Positions 1 through 10,878 of a stretch of DNA of 64,000 bases are shown piece by piece. The translations under genes were made by a program, and so were the position numbers. Source of the stretch: an uncultured Gammaproteobacteria bacterium (GTDB taxonomy: Bacteria; Pseudomonadota; Gammaproteobacteria; JACCXJ01). The DNA is taken from positions 160,001 to 224,000 of the forward strand of contig CAVXTM010000001.1 of assembly GCA_963764725.1 (NCBI GenBank). Reading direction: 5' to 3'. How positions within the stretch are numbered: the stretch's first letter is position 1; every line of letters begins with the position of its first letter. The notes under the pieces were generated by a model, which saw only the letters and a program-made list of their open reading frames with translations, did not search any database and was not told the origin of the DNA.

Positions 1-158
1 GATCTGATCGGCCCCTCCCTGCGCGCCGGTCGTTCCGAGCGATGTCTAAGGACGCGACACATACAGACAACGGCATCGCTTTCCGCAACACCCCCTGGCC
101 TCCGAAATCTCGATGTTTCTCTGAGCTAGCCTAGGGAATAAAGCGGTACCGATAACCA

Positions 159-1583
159 TTACCTTCGCAAGGCGGAGAAAAAACGATGAACTTTACGGCG
201 GAGCTTTTGCACCCCTCTTTTTCCGCGTCTCTGGAACTGATCGTTAAGCTTGATCCACAAGTTCGGCTCGGCGATCTGTTCGTGGTACTGCGCCAGATAA
301 TCCGGAGCATGCGTCGATATTAACGACGTCAGAATCGCAAGTTTTTCGGGTTGTGCCTTCATCCTTCTCCGGGTCGCGGCTACGGTTCGTGAATAAAGTT
401 CTGCTTTAACGTTACTCCGATCCCGAGATCTGTAAAGATACGGCAGCACCTCCGCCAAAATGATGGCCGGATCATGCCGGTAAGGGTCGTAATTGGTACG
501 CACCTTATCGGTTACCTCCAGAAACTTTCTTGCGCAGTTTTCTATGTAACTTTCGCTTCCTTCGGGCCACGATTCGGAAACCTGATTTATCGACGATACT
601 CTAGCCGCATGCCACACATTTCTCATGAGTTCGGCTAACTGGATGTCATCCTCAGGGGCGAAATAAAGCGCACCCGGCGGCGCTTGTTCTCTGTGAACCA
701 GGATATCCGATAATAAAAGACATTGCCCCAGCGCACGCGCTTCCTCGACCACCGTACTCCAACCCTCGAAGAGGCTTGGCTGAATAATGCATGTCGCTAC
801 CTGCATCAGCCGAAGCTGGTCCTCCCTCGGAATGCTTCCCAGCAAACGTACTGACCCTTCGAGGGAGTGCTCCGAAATGAACCCCCGAAGCTCCTGGAAA
901 TGTTTCGGCCAGCGGTGATCGTTAGTATATCCGGTGAAGACGCAGACTATTGGCAGTTCCTTGAGTCTCATTAAGGCACGTAGAATAACAATATGGTTCT
1001 TGTGCTTCCAAAATTGGTTGCAAACAAGATAAAACCTGATTGGCAGGCCATAACGCATACAGAGTTCGGAGGCGTCGGCATCCGTAATATGAGACGCTTC
1101 GATCACGGCGGCGAAAGGAAGGGTTGCAATCGGCACGAGGTCCTGGCCAACGATACGGACCGTGTCGTAATATGCCATCTGGCTGCTGACAACCAGAAAG
1201 GGCGCGCGAGTGGCCAATAACCGGTAATTAAGGTCACGGCGTTCACGCTCAAGCTCATCAAACATCTGGGGCAAGTGTTTATATTGCCAATCCGGGATCC
1301 AGCCAGCCCATGGAGCATCGAAAGGTGCCTCAAAAAGCTGCGTTATGGGGTACACGATATCCAGATTTAATAGGTGGGCACGATCGAATCTTTCGACACC
1401 CGCCACTACACTGGAATAGCCCCGAGCTATAGATTCGCCATCTGGATCGGAATACAGTAAATAAATCGCTGGTCTATCGGGCGGATCAAGGGTATTCAGC
1501 GTCTTAGTCCAATTCAGCACGTAATGCACGCCACCTATCCATGCGGAACTGGATCGCACTCTAAAACCTATGCGTAACGGCAT
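159..1583 (-). CDS. Glycosyltransferase, GT4/GT-B (group 1)
   Basis: 474 aa ORF with NQFWKHKNH and PSLFEGWSTVVEEA (EX7E) motifs. Confidence 0.9.
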   Translation of the reverse strand: MPLRIGFRVRSSSAWIGGVHYVLNWTKTLNTLDPPDRPAIYLLYSDPDGESIARGYSSVVAGVERFDRAHLLNLDIVYPITQLFEAPFDAPWAGWIPDWQYKHLPQMFDELERERRDLNYRLLATRAPFLVVSSQMAYYDTVRIVGQDLVPIATLPFAAVIEASHITDADASELCMRYGLPIRFYLVCNQFWKHKNHIVILRALMRLKELPIVCVFTGYTNDHRWPKHFQELRGFISEHSLEGSVRLLGSIPREDQLRLMQVATCIIQPSLFEGWSTVVEEARALGQCLLLSDILVHREQAPPGALYFAPEDDIQLAELMRNVWHAARVSSINQVSESWPEGSESYIENCARKFLEVTDKVRTNYDPYRHDPAIILAEVLPYLYRSRDRSNVKAELYSRTVAATRRRMKAQPEKLAILTSLISTHAPDYLAQYHEQIAEPNLWIKLNDQFQRRGKRGVQKLRRKVHRFFSALRR

Positions 1584-1667
1584 TGGCTTAAGGGGGTCTG
1601 GCTGACAACATTACGCGCGTGGCTGCGACGACAAGTCCTTTTTTGCAATTCCAGAAGCCGGTCCTCG

Positions 1668-2615
1668 TCAACATACCTGACGGCTCGCCGGTGCGGCCGA
1701 TAAATTTCCAAACGTCTTTTCGGCCGTATGTGACGGATCGTCAAAGGAAATCGTTACTCTGCCACAGTCCTGCACGCTGAACTGGCTGCCCCATCGACGG
1801 AGGTACGTTTTTCGGTCGTAACCAAGCGTAGTGTTATTAGAGACGCGAATGGTCTCAGAAGGATCTAAGTAATGCTCGACGAAAGCACCGGGAGCATCAA
1901 CGATGGTGTAACCGGCTTGCCAAAGTTTTAGACATAAATCACTATCTGCTTTGTAAAAAATATAGCGTTCTTCATCTGCCCAACCGACCGATTCGATAGC
2001 TGTCTTCAGAAACAGCCCATGATTCACCATGAGCTTGCCGCCGAGTGTCTTCTGAACGTAATAATCCTTCTCAAGTGGCCAGTTGCGGAAATAAAATGCT
2101 ACACCCACTATATTGTGATTTTGCCTTTCGAGCTCACGAAAACGTGCCATAGCGCATGTCACCGCGTTCGGTAGCAAAACACAATCATCGCTCATCATCA
2201 AAATGAACTTGCCTTGTGCAATCTTAAATCCGAGATTCATGAAATAACCCCAGCTTCGGCGCTCTACGGGTCTCCCGCGAAACTCGCCGTGGTTGTGCTG
2301 AATGATGCTAATGATATCTTTTTGGCCACTCAGCCACTCCATCGTACCGTCGGTCGACCCGCCATCGATGACAATTATTTCAAAGGGAACGGGAACATCG
2401 TGTGAGCGGATCGAATCGATCGCTTTCACTAAAAGCGGAAAACGGTTGTAGCTACCTAGAACAAAAGATATTCCAAAGCTTCTTAACCCTTGTACGCTCT
2501 TCGATTCATGTTGCTGCGCGTTCGAGTGTCGCCTCTTGAGCCATCGAAACGCAACGAACTCCCGCAGGATACTTAGAGGCTGGTCGATCGCACGAAGTAA
2601 CCGCGGTTTAGTCAT
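1668..2615 (-). CDS. Glycosyltransferase family 2
   Basis: IIVIDGGSTDGT and MMSDD GT-A motifs. Confidence 0.9.
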   Translation of the reverse strand: MTKPRLLRAIDQPLSILREFVAFRWLKRRHSNAQQHESKSVQGLRSFGISFVLGSYNRFPLLVKAIDSIRSHDVPVPFEIIVIDGGSTDGTMEWLSGQKDIISIIQHNHGEFRGRPVERRSWGYFMNLGFKIAQGKFILMMSDDCVLLPNAVTCAMARFRELERQNHNIVGVAFYFRNWPLEKDYYVQKTLGGKLMVNHGLFLKTAIESVGWADEERYIFYKADSDLCLKLWQAGYTIVDAPGAFVEHYLDPSETIRVSNNTTLGYDRKTYLRRWGSQFSVQDCGRVTISFDDPSHTAEKTFGNLSAAPASRQVC

Positions 2616-2713
2616 CGCTTTCGGGGTCCAGAAGCAACCTCTGTATCTTTCTCGCGACTCTCTCCGCGGCTGCGCGTATCTGGGCTTGCTCTCGACACTT
2701 TTGCAGAGCTTCC

Positions 2714-4441
2714 TTAATTCAATCCGTCGTGTATTCCGTACGTTTCTGCCGGGTATATGTAAGGGGTTCCTCCCAAGATTCCATTACAAATGACATCCAA
2801 GCCCGGATAATTTCCCGGCAGCAGATTGTCCAGCTTCTCGATGGCTATTTGAAAGGCCGTTGGCCCTCCGTTCGGAACGAGAAACGGCAGCGGGATCATG
2901 CGCCGGAAAAAGAAATGGTATGCATATTTGCGTGCCCGCCGCGTGATCTCGATACTGTTTCTGCGCCCCAGCGGCAGCCGGTCCAAGATCTCGAAGTATT
3001 GCTCCGGGGATGATGCATCGAGGGTGATCCCTTTGTTCCGTATCCAAGCCTCCCCGGCCACAATCACGGGTATGCCGATGCTGGTTAGCTCAACGCCGGT
3101 CTTGGTGCCGTAAATGATGACGGAATCACAGTGCATCATCGCCGCGTAGGTACTCACCGGACTCTCCGGCGGGATGATGAACACGTTCCTAGGCAACTGA
3201 GGGAAAAACTTTTCGATTTCTTCCGTCAGCGGCTGCCGCGACTTCGCCGTTCCCCGGATCTCCGCAGGGTGGATCCTGATGAGCAACTGCACATCCGGGC
3301 GTCCCTTGAAGTAGCCAATAGTTTGTAACACCCAATCCAACATGTTCGAAAACGCGTTGGCCCGGTAATGTAACTGCGCATCCCACATCACGTTGGTCAG
3401 CATCGCGATGCACGGTTCGCGGGGATCTATACCGGAGACACGAATGAAGCGGTCAAAATCCTCATCGGGTTTTTCGTGAAACCAAATCCAGTCGCGCGTG
3501 CCGCGCCAGCGGCTTTTTAGATAATCCAGAATCTGCGCGTCTTGTTGATCTCCCCACGCCATACCCTCCCATTCGGTTGCAGGCTCCGACAGCAAGGTGT
3601 GATGGTAGGTGTCGCCATGACTGAAGATGAGTGTATTACGGCGGTATGCCACCACCCAATTGCTCAGCCTCACCCCGCATTTTCGGCACGCTTCACCGAC
3701 GATCCCTTGCGGGACATATAGCCCGTGGTGAAAGCACGCCGCAGTGAAATGGACCTCCTTTAGGAGCCGCTGCATGGCATATGCGGTCAAAAGCGACGCC
3801 TCGAAATACCTTCGGAGCACCACTTCACCCAACGATTCCGCGGACAAGTCGCCGCGCGCGTAGTAGCGGAGTGCGCCGGCATGCGCGTGCTCACCGACCG
3901 CCAACCCGTCCTGACGGAAATGCGGAATCTGGGTCGCCGGTGTTTCTGCGGCGAGATGCTTCGCTTGATCGAGATCCTGCGGTGTGACTAACTCGCTCAG
4001 GCGAATGACTTTCGTGCCGATGGGCAAAAACACCGCCTCTCCCCTCTGCACGCAGCCCGGACACAGAACTTTCGGCAGTTCGTATCGCTCAATTGCGCCG
4101 GGATCGGGCAGGCTCGAGATTTCCGCCTTGAGGCAGCCGGGGAGCATCCCATCGCAAAGCAGCGTGTGGACCTGCGCGCCGCGGAGCGTCAGCGCTACGC
4201 CTAGCATGCTCTCGACGACGCTTACCGGGCCGTGTCCGCCGACGTTGGTGGCGATCAGCACCTTGGGGCCATTCGCGGCGGTCCGGGCCGCTTGTTCCCA
4301 CAGCGGCCGATTGGTGCCAAGCAGAACCTCCCAGTCCGGTAAACCTTCCATCGTGACGAAAGGATGCTTCATGCCCGCTATGGCGTTGGTCACTCGCCGA
4401 CCGAGCGCTCCTTCAATTACTTTCCGTAGTCTGATTACCAT
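2714..4441 (-). CDS. Capsule biosynthesis protein (KpsS/Capsule_synth-like; candidate ulosonate transferase)
   Basis: 575 aa; IRIHPAE (HP motif) and GTKTGVE...GIPVIVAG typical of KpsC/KpsS-like proteins; in an operon with neuB and wzm/wzt. Confidence 0.7.
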   Translation of the reverse strand: MVIRLRKVIEGALGRRVTNAIAGMKHPFVTMEGLPDWEVLLGTNRPLWEQAARTAANGPKVLIATNVGGHGPVSVVESMLGVALTLRGAQVHTLLCDGMLPGCLKAEISSLPDPGAIERYELPKVLCPGCVQRGEAVFLPIGTKVIRLSELVTPQDLDQAKHLAAETPATQIPHFRQDGLAVGEHAHAGALRYYARGDLSAESLGEVVLRRYFEASLLTAYAMQRLLKEVHFTAACFHHGLYVPQGIVGEACRKCGVRLSNWVVAYRRNTLIFSHGDTYHHTLLSEPATEWEGMAWGDQQDAQILDYLKSRWRGTRDWIWFHEKPDEDFDRFIRVSGIDPREPCIAMLTNVMWDAQLHYRANAFSNMLDWVLQTIGYFKGRPDVQLLIRIHPAEIRGTAKSRQPLTEEIEKFFPQLPRNVFIIPPESPVSTYAAMMHCDSVIIYGTKTGVELTSIGIPVIVAGEAWIRNKGITLDASSPEQYFEILDRLPLGRRNSIEITRRARKYAYHFFFRRMIPLPFLVPNGGPTAFQIAIEKLDNLLPGNYPGLDVICNGILGGTPYIYPAETYGIHDGLN

Positions 4442-4654
4442 TCAACTATTGCTCCCGCCGGTCATCCCGCGCAGGGTCCTTTGCCAATGACAGTGGTGCG
4501 GTCTGACAACGACGTCTTACCAATTCCACAGGGATATCATAAAGTGCAAAGTCAAGCTGATTTCCGCTTTGTTACCGCAATTTCGGCATGTTGCCACATA
4601 GGATCGTTGGCGAATCGGTGGACGGCGATACGTTCTCCCAACGTTTAGCTCCAG

Positions 4655-5794
4655 TCACGTTCGCCGAGTCTTGATGAGTGTGTAAACACTAAGGAGCCCC
4701 GTGAACAACAATAGAAGCAATGTAGCTATCGTGTTTACCAAGACATAATTGCGGATGTTCTTAATAACCCGCGTTTGAGATCTCTGCGTTTCGTGGACTT
4801 TGCGTAATCCGTTGCTGATCGCTGCTACTCGAAGTGCGGTTAGGACGCCAAAATCGTCAATGCCGCCTAAGCGCGATGCAATTACCGATGACTGCGCAAT
4901 CAGTGCTTGTGCTAGGCTGGGGGAGGTCAATCCGAGCTTTTCAGCGTTTGCGATTGCGACCTCTTCTATTCCGGCCAACCTCAGATCGTCTCTGTACAGC
5001 CTGGCAGCGCGCAAAATCTCACACACCAAGTGCAGCTGACCCAGCACGTTGAGATGAATTTTATCGTCCATGAGAATGTCAGAATCGTATAACAGCAGGT
5101 TGTACGCCCGCACCCGATCCAGGATTCTATCGATGTCTATGAGCAGCGTACGACCTTTATCTTGTGGAGTGGAGGCTGCCCGAATGATCGCGTCGTTATG
5201 TGAATACCCCTTAAAGGGTAGATCAAACGACTTCATATGCCATGGGAACCCACGCTCCCTGTAACGCTCTACCGTCGCATCAAAAACCGTCATCAAGAGA
5301 AGCGTGACACTCTTTAATCTCACCACGGCGGCCCGGAGTTTGCGCATACATGCTTCGTACTGCTTTACATTTCCGTTGTGATCACCCGCGTCTTCTATTA
5401 CCACGATATCTCCGGGCCTGATAATCAAGGCGTCGGAAAGCTGCTTGATACGAGCCGCGCCGTCCGCACAATTTTCAGGCAACCCTATAGGCCCCCCATA
5501 GGCCGCGAAGATCTGTAACGCATTTTCGTTCGCGATGATGTTGATCATGCTTGCAGGAGACCGGAGAACATAAAGCTTATCGGATTCCTGCATCGTATCC
5601 GCGAACACCCCGGTCCCGTAACCCCGCATGATGCTGTCGCCAAACAGATGAATCACCCTGCCATACGAGTCCCGGGCACGTGCTAATTCGTTGTAAAGAA
5701 GATCTGGCGAACCCGGCTGCGCGTATGTCGTCTGCGTAAAACAGCATGTCAACACCGCGCGGATGAGCGTCCCGATCAGGGCCTTCCGTGACAA
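4655..5794 (-). CDS. SGNH/GDSL-hydrolase-like exported, membrane-anchored protein
   Basis: FGDSI block I, DKIH (DxxH) block V, N-terminal signal-like stretch and C-terminal hydrophobic helix; start uncertain (TTG 5794 chosen; track ORF starts 5944 overlapping the upstream gene). Confidence 0.6.
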   Translation of the reverse strand: MSRKALIGTLIRAVLTCCFTQTTYAQPGSPDLLYNELARARDSYGRVIHLFGDSIMRGYGTGVFADTMQESDKLYVLRSPASMINIIANENALQIFAAYGGPIGLPENCADGAARIKQLSDALIIRPGDIVVIEDAGDHNGNVKQYEACMRKLRAAVVRLKSVTLLLMTVFDATVERYRERGFPWHMKSFDLPFKGYSHNDAIIRAASTPQDKGRTLLIDIDRILDRVRAYNLLLYDSDILMDDKIHLNVLGQLHLVCEILRAARLYRDDLRLAGIEEVAIANAEKLGLTSPSLAQALIAQSSVIASRLGGIDDFGVLTALRVAAISNGLRKVHETQRSQTRVIKNIRNYVLVNTIATLLLLLFTGLLSVYTLIKTRRT

Positions 5795-5835
5795 TTGGAC
5801 TTCGTCTTTGACCGCCGCGATTCCTGAACACCGAT

Positions 5836-6897
5836 TCACGGCTCTACATCTATCGCCGGGAATGGAACAGCATCTTGCGGTATCACTCTTGGCGTACGAT
5901 ACCAGGGGCAATGTTGGCGCAGATAATAGGGCTTGCCTGCGCACCGGAATCGATCGAGCAGACTAATATATCGCCCGGTGAATACGTTTTGCCAGTCGCG
6001 TGCGATCGACTTATCTACCCAGCGTGTGCTATTTGGTGACCGCTGTGCATTTATAGTTTTTCGGATGAAACGCGAGACTCTATTATTGAACCACCAGGTT
6101 TTTTTGAATAACCGCCAAGCATTTTTGATGAACGGCTCGCTTTTCGCAATGAACGACGAGGCTGCGCGGATGAACGACCAGGCTGCGCACTTTAGCCTCC
6201 AGATCGGGGCGTTATTTGCTAAACTGCCGAACTTTTCTTCATATAACATCCTAAACCTGCAATGTTTTTGTTCTAGCTCGCTATGCGCTAGCGATCCTTC
6301 TTCCATTTCCCAGCTGCGGTAGTGATGGATTACTATCTCGCGCGTGTAGACAATGTCGTACCCGGCGTAAAACACTTTGGCCGTGAGATCCGGGTCAATG
6401 CCGTAGTCCCTGAAGGTTTCGCTAAAACCTCCCACTTGTTTTAACACGTGCGTCGGTAACATGCCCTGGTTAACGTTCAGTATGCCTATCGTCAACACCC
6501 CGCCTATATAGGGTTGGTTAACGAAGGGACCGCGGACATCTTTCGTCTTCAAGCCCACCATGCCGATACGTGAGTCTGCCTCGAGGATACTTACGGCGAC
6601 ATCCAGGCCCCGGTTGAGGATGACGTTGTCATCGCTGAGCCAGCATACGTAGGGCGTTTCTACGATCTTAAATACATCGTTGTAGGCTTTCGCTTGTCCG
6701 AGCTTTCGGCCCACGAGAATGGGTATGACCTTATCCGAAGCAACGGACTTGAGGTATTTCACCGTCCCGTCGGTCGAGCCGGCGTCTGTAACATATATCC
6801 GGAAGTTCGCCGTTGTCTGATCGAAAATGCTTTCCATGCATCGCCGGATTTGATCCAAGCGATTATAAGTTCCGACCACGATCGATAACTCGGACAT
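5836..6897 (-). CDS. Glycosyltransferase family 2
   Basis: MSELSIVVGTYNR...DAGSTDGT...WLSDD; ATG at 6897 with GAGG upstream. Confidence 0.88.
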   Translation of the reverse strand: MSELSIVVGTYNRLDQIRRCMESIFDQTTANFRIYVTDAGSTDGTVKYLKSVASDKVIPILVGRKLGQAKAYNDVFKIVETPYVCWLSDDNVILNRGLDVAVSILEADSRIGMVGLKTKDVRGPFVNQPYIGGVLTIGILNVNQGMLPTHVLKQVGGFSETFRDYGIDPDLTAKVFYAGYDIVYTREIVIHHYRSWEMEEGSLAHSELEQKHCRFRMLYEEKFGSLANNAPIWRLKCAAWSFIRAASSFIAKSEPFIKNAWRLFKKTWWFNNRVSRFIRKTINAQRSPNSTRWVDKSIARDWQNVFTGRYISLLDRFRCAGKPYYLRQHCPWYRTPRVIPQDAVPFPAIDVEP

Positions 6898-6919
6898 GAC
6901 CTCTATTGCCGATAGCGTT

Positions 6920-7894
6920 TCAACCGCGCATTCCGTAAATCGACAATCCCGCGGGCTTGCACTCTGAGTATATGTTCTGGAGCGCCCACTGGGCATACGC
7001 TTGAAGACCGTCCCCTAGCTGCCACTGAGGGGCGAAACCCAGGCGGGATGCGCACGACGTGTCGGCGACAAGGTATTGCGGATCGCCCGCGCGCGGTGCT
7101 CCAGAAAAAGTGACTGGAATGTTGAGATCGCATGCTTGGAGGAGCGCCTCGGCTGTTTCTCTCACCGTGACAGCCAGTCCACTGCCGCCGTTGACGATAA
7201 GCACTTCGTCCCGCACCGCTTCCGCTACCGCCGCGACCAGCCGCGCCGCGTCTTGCACATACAAAAAATCACGCGTCTCTTTGCCATCGCCCGCTAGCAT
7301 GATCATTTCCGGTTTGTTGATAGCCTGACGCGTGATGTCCCAAAGCAGTTGCTTTCGGAGCTCGGGACCGTACAGCGAAAAGAAGCGGATAATACCAAAC
7401 CGCACGCCGTAATGCCGGTTAGCCGCGAGACAAATATGATCCACAAGATGCTTGTGCACCCCGTAGGGTGACATCGGGCTGGGGCACGCTGATTCCGGGA
7501 TCGGCGCCGACCACCCGTTTCCATAAACCGCCGCGCTCGATGGGTAGATCAAAACAGCATCGTTCGCATGGTTGCGAAGTACTTCGACCACCGCTGCCAT
7601 GGTAGTAACGGTTCGCTCGAAATCCTCGAATGGTCTTTCCCATGAGATCTTGACCGACGCACCACCCGCAGCATGAAATACGAGGCTCGGTTGTCCCTCC
7701 TCCCTTATCAAGGCGGTCAAGCTTTCGATAGTGACATCTGCCTGATACCAGCGGTCAATGCCCCATCGCCTAGCCTCATTGTTATCCAATTTACCGTGAC
7801 CGATTCCGGCCACAGACCAACCGTGCATACGAAGATGGCGTGCCACATGCCGACCTAGAAATCCGGCAGCCCCGGTAATGATCGCACTTTTCAA
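6920..7894 (-). CDS. NAD-dependent sugar epimerase/dehydratase
   Basis: TGAAGFLG Rossmann motif, SSAAVYG, YGVHK. Confidence 0.9.
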   Translation of the reverse strand: MKSAIITGAAGFLGRHVARHLRMHGWSVAGIGHGKLDNNEARRWGIDRWYQADVTIESLTALIREEGQPSLVFHAAGGASVKISWERPFEDFERTVTTMAAVVEVLRNHANDAVLIYPSSAAVYGNGWSAPIPESACPSPMSPYGVHKHLVDHICLAANRHYGVRFGIIRFFSLYGPELRKQLLWDITRQAINKPEMIMLAGDGKETRDFLYVQDAARLVAAVAEAVRDEVLIVNGGSGLAVTVRETAEALLQACDLNIPVTFSGAPRAGDPQYLVADTSCASRLGFAPQWQLGDGLQAYAQWALQNIYSECKPAGLSIYGMRG

Positions 7895-8044
7895 GTGAGC
7901 AGCCAGACCTCAGAGCGCTGCCGACTAACATGGCCCAAAGCTTGGCTGTTTGTGCTCATACTGATCACACCCGGTCGCTCGAGTATTTCGACTGGCTCGA
8001 CCATAAATTATTTTCCTCATTTCCGCCGTAAGCGTTCTGGACGC

Positions 8045-9421
8045 TCAACGCAACGGCGATACGGTGTTCATTAGTGTTCGCTGAGAAATCCGATCCTTGT
8101 TGTTTTCCCGCTCCTGACCGGGCCGCGCTACGGCCGATTCATGGCCTTTATCAACCGCCACGTGATCCCATTCGAAGTCTACGCACAGCGGCCCCAAATA
8201 ACCGTGTGGCAGTTTCCCGGTGCCATAAAAATCGCCGCCGAGCACGGGCAATGTTCGCGCGCATGCCACCTTATCAACGAGCTGTCGATTAACTAGCAGC
8301 GATGCCGTAATCTCATAAACACCTGGCAACAAGGGGAGTTTATGAATCCGGCAAACGAAATTTCCATTCCTGCTTATTTTCGTCAGATTCGTGCGTAAAA
8401 CCTCACTCGGAAGCCCGAAGAGTCTTTGCTGTTTCTCGTTCTGAATTACGATGCATACATAGACGTCCCACGGGGATTCTTCTTCCGATCGTTGGGCTTC
8501 GTATTCTAGGATTATCCGAAGTTCGTGCCCTGTCTGTCCACTATCACAGGGATTTGAATCCTCATCGAGGTATCTAATGCTCGTGAACCGGAAGGTTCCC
8601 GTTCCAGTTCTATCCTTCCTTTGTCTTAGCTCGCCTACGCCTTTTACCGCGACTGAATTCTGATACAAATCGATTCCGGATAAGGTGTCACCATAGAATT
8701 TCATTGAACCGTGATCGATCCATATAAGCCTATCACAGAATCGGGCAACGTCGCCCATACTATGTGAGGCAAAAAGTATAGTCCTCCCTTCGGATACCAA
8801 ACCTTGCACCCGGTTTAGGCATTTCTGCTGGAACGCCAGATCGCCCACGGTCAGTACTTCGTCCAATATAAGAATGTCGGGTTCAATATGCGCAGCAACC
8901 GAAAACCCAAGGCGAATCCTCATGCCGCTGGAATAATGTTTCAGTGGCGTGTCAATAAAGCGCTCCACTCCCGAGAAAGAAACAATATCGTCCGACTTCG
9001 CCGCGATTTCTTTGGGCGTTAATCCATGCAGGGAAGCGTTGAGAAAAATGTTTTCACGGCCGGTGAGGTTTTCGTTGAAACCAGTCCCTACTTCCAAAAG
9101 CGAGGTAACGCGGCCACGGATACGCACCTCCCCCTCCGTAGGGTAGGTCACGCGCGAGAGTATCTTCAGCAAGGTGGATTTTCCAGCACCGTTTCTTCCG
9201 ATGATCCCGACCCGGTCGCCCTTGGCCACATCGAAGTTGATATCCTTCAATGCCCAGAAGTGCTCGTTCTTCCCGCAAATACCTTGGTCGGAACGATTCG
9301 ACGGCAAGCTGCGTAGTTCGCGGCGAACCATACGGCCAAGGTTGAAAGGTTGCCTGCGATCCGGACCTATTTTGTACTGCTTGGATAGGCCACAAACCGT
9401 TATGATCGGCTCCAGCGCCAT
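8045..9421 (-). CDS. wzt: Polysaccharide ABC exporter ATP-binding protein with C-terminal Wzt_C domain
   Basis: GRNGAGKST Walker A, YSSGM signature, ILDE Walker B, long C-terminal extension; ATG overlaps the wzm stop (TGATG). Confidence 0.92.
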   Translation of the reverse strand: MALEPIITVCGLSKQYKIGPDRRQPFNLGRMVRRELRSLPSNRSDQGICGKNEHFWALKDINFDVAKGDRVGIIGRNGAGKSTLLKILSRVTYPTEGEVRIRGRVTSLLEVGTGFNENLTGRENIFLNASLHGLTPKEIAAKSDDIVSFSGVERFIDTPLKHYSSGMRIRLGFSVAAHIEPDILILDEVLTVGDLAFQQKCLNRVQGLVSEGRTILFASHSMGDVARFCDRLIWIDHGSMKFYGDTLSGIDLYQNSVAVKGVGELRQRKDRTGTGTFRFTSIRYLDEDSNPCDSGQTGHELRIILEYEAQRSEEESPWDVYVCIVIQNEKQQRLFGLPSEVLRTNLTKISRNGNFVCRIHKLPLLPGVYEITASLLVNRQLVDKVACARTLPVLGGDFYGTGKLPHGYLGPLCVDFEWDHVAVDKGHESAVARPGQERENNKDRISQRTLMNTVSPLR

Positions 9422-10260
9422 CACATCTCGTCCACGAAGCGCTTTTCCGCGCTTTGAAACATCATGAGGCCAATGACGGCCATGCTGAGAGAAAACATCA
9501 GCGAATAAAACCATTCCGGCCACGGAAACGGAAGATCGGCGCACAGCGCGGAGCGAAAGCCTAGCAAAGCCCCTACCATCGGGTTGAGCGCATACACGTC
9601 GCGAGCCTCTTCGGGGATCATTTCCGGAGCGTAAATAACGGGGGATAGGAATAGGCCTAGATATAAGACCAGGCCAAGAAACTTGCCCCAATCTTGATTC
9701 CAGAGATTCAATGCGGCGAACATTAACCCGATCCCGAAAACCAGCAACGCGAGCTGCAACACGACGGGGGCCAACAACACAATATGCCACCCCGGCGACA
9801 CGCCGTAATAAAACATCATAAGAACCAACGGTATCCCTGCGATGGCGAGTTTACACAGGTTCGTTAGATTAGTCGCCATTGGACTTAAAAGCTTTGGGTA
9901 AAAGACCTTCCGCATCAGGTGCAGATCGCGCCTAACCGCGGTCGAGGTATCCGTGACGCCCTCGACGAGATAGAACCAGAGTATCAGTCCGCTCAGCAAG
10001 TACAGCGGATAAGGAATCGTCACTCCCGTCCGGGCCTCGGAAAGATGCCTAAACAACGCAAATACCACCACCATTAGAAGCGGCCGCGCGACTGCCCAGA
10101 AGTAGCTTAGATACATCTGGTCAAACTCAATCTTGATCTGCCGGACCACCATGCTTTTCAGCAGACTGCGGTAACGATAAAGCTCCCACACGTCCACGCT
10201 GGTAAAACGCCCGGGCGGGCGGATAACGATCTCTTTGGCTTCCGTCTGTGAAGGCATCAA
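9421..10260 (-). CDS. wzm: Polysaccharide ABC exporter permease
   Basis: Six-TM ABC-2 pattern, KVFYP, SPVIY, LNPM; adjacent to wzt. Confidence 0.92.
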   Translation of the reverse strand: MMPSQTEAKEIVIRPPGRFTSVDVWELYRYRSLLKSMVVRQIKIEFDQMYLSYFWAVARPLLMVVVFALFRHLSEARTGVTIPYPLYLLSGLILWFYLVEGVTDTSTAVRRDLHLMRKVFYPKLLSPMATNLTNLCKLAIAGIPLVLMMFYYGVSPGWHIVLLAPVVLQLALLVFGIGLMFAALNLWNQDWGKFLGLVLYLGLFLSPVIYAPEMIPEEARDVYALNPMVGALLGFRSALCADLPFPWPEWFYSLMFSLSMAVIGLMMFQSAEKRFVDEM

Positions 10261-10353
10261 CGTAGCGTTAGCATTTTTTCGTTTAGTCGCTGTATGCGTT
10301 CACGACGGCACCATGGTGCCAGCAGCGTTGTCCGGACTGACCCTCGAAACGCA

Positions 10354-10872
10354 TCATGGCGAGCGAACCTCGGCAAACAAGTCGCATACTTCGCGGACCG
10401 CACCCCGACCTCCCGGCCGGCGCGTCTGATAAACGGCGTAACCTAATACCTCCGGATGCGCGTCGCGCACAACGATCGGCAAACCAGCCTTGCCCAGGCA
10501 CGGCGCGTCGTTGATGTCGTTCCCCACATAGGCGACCTGGGCAAAGCTTAACCCCGCGCCAACCATCACTCGCTTGAGCACCTCCAGCTTGTCGTCACAG
10601 CCGTTGAAACAACGGATCTTGAGCTTGCGGCTGCGTGCAACCACAACCGGGTTCGGCTCTGTCGAGATGATCACCTTGTCGATACCGAATTGTTCGAGCT
10701 TGCGCAACCCCAACCCATCGCCGCGCCAACATCTAACCGCCTCTCTGCCGTCTTCAAAAACGTAAACCATGTTGTCCGTGAAAACCCCATCGAAATCGAA
10801 GGCAATCAAGCGGACAGCAGAAACCCGTAACCGTAACGCGGGGTCATCCGAGTGTCCTATTAGTTCTTCCAA
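10354..10872 (-). CDS. KdsC/YrbI-family HAD phosphatase (ulosonate-phosphate phosphatase)
   Basis: FDFDGVFTD, GNDINDAP and GGRGAVRE motifs. Confidence 0.85.
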   Translation of the reverse strand: MEELIGHSDDPALRLRVSAVRLIAFDFDGVFTDNMVYVFEDGREAVRCWRGDGLGLRKLEQFGIDKVIISTEPNPVVVARSRKLKIRCFNGCDDKLEVLKRVMVGAGLSFAQVAYVGNDINDAPCLGKAGLPIVVRDAHPEVLGYAVYQTRRPGGRGAVREVCDLFAEVRSP

Positions 10873-10878
10873 GGACGC

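Noticed and set aside
9422-9790. N-terminal extension of wzt in the ORF track
   Set aside because: Overlaps wzm out of frame; the TGATG coupling at 9421 marks the real start.
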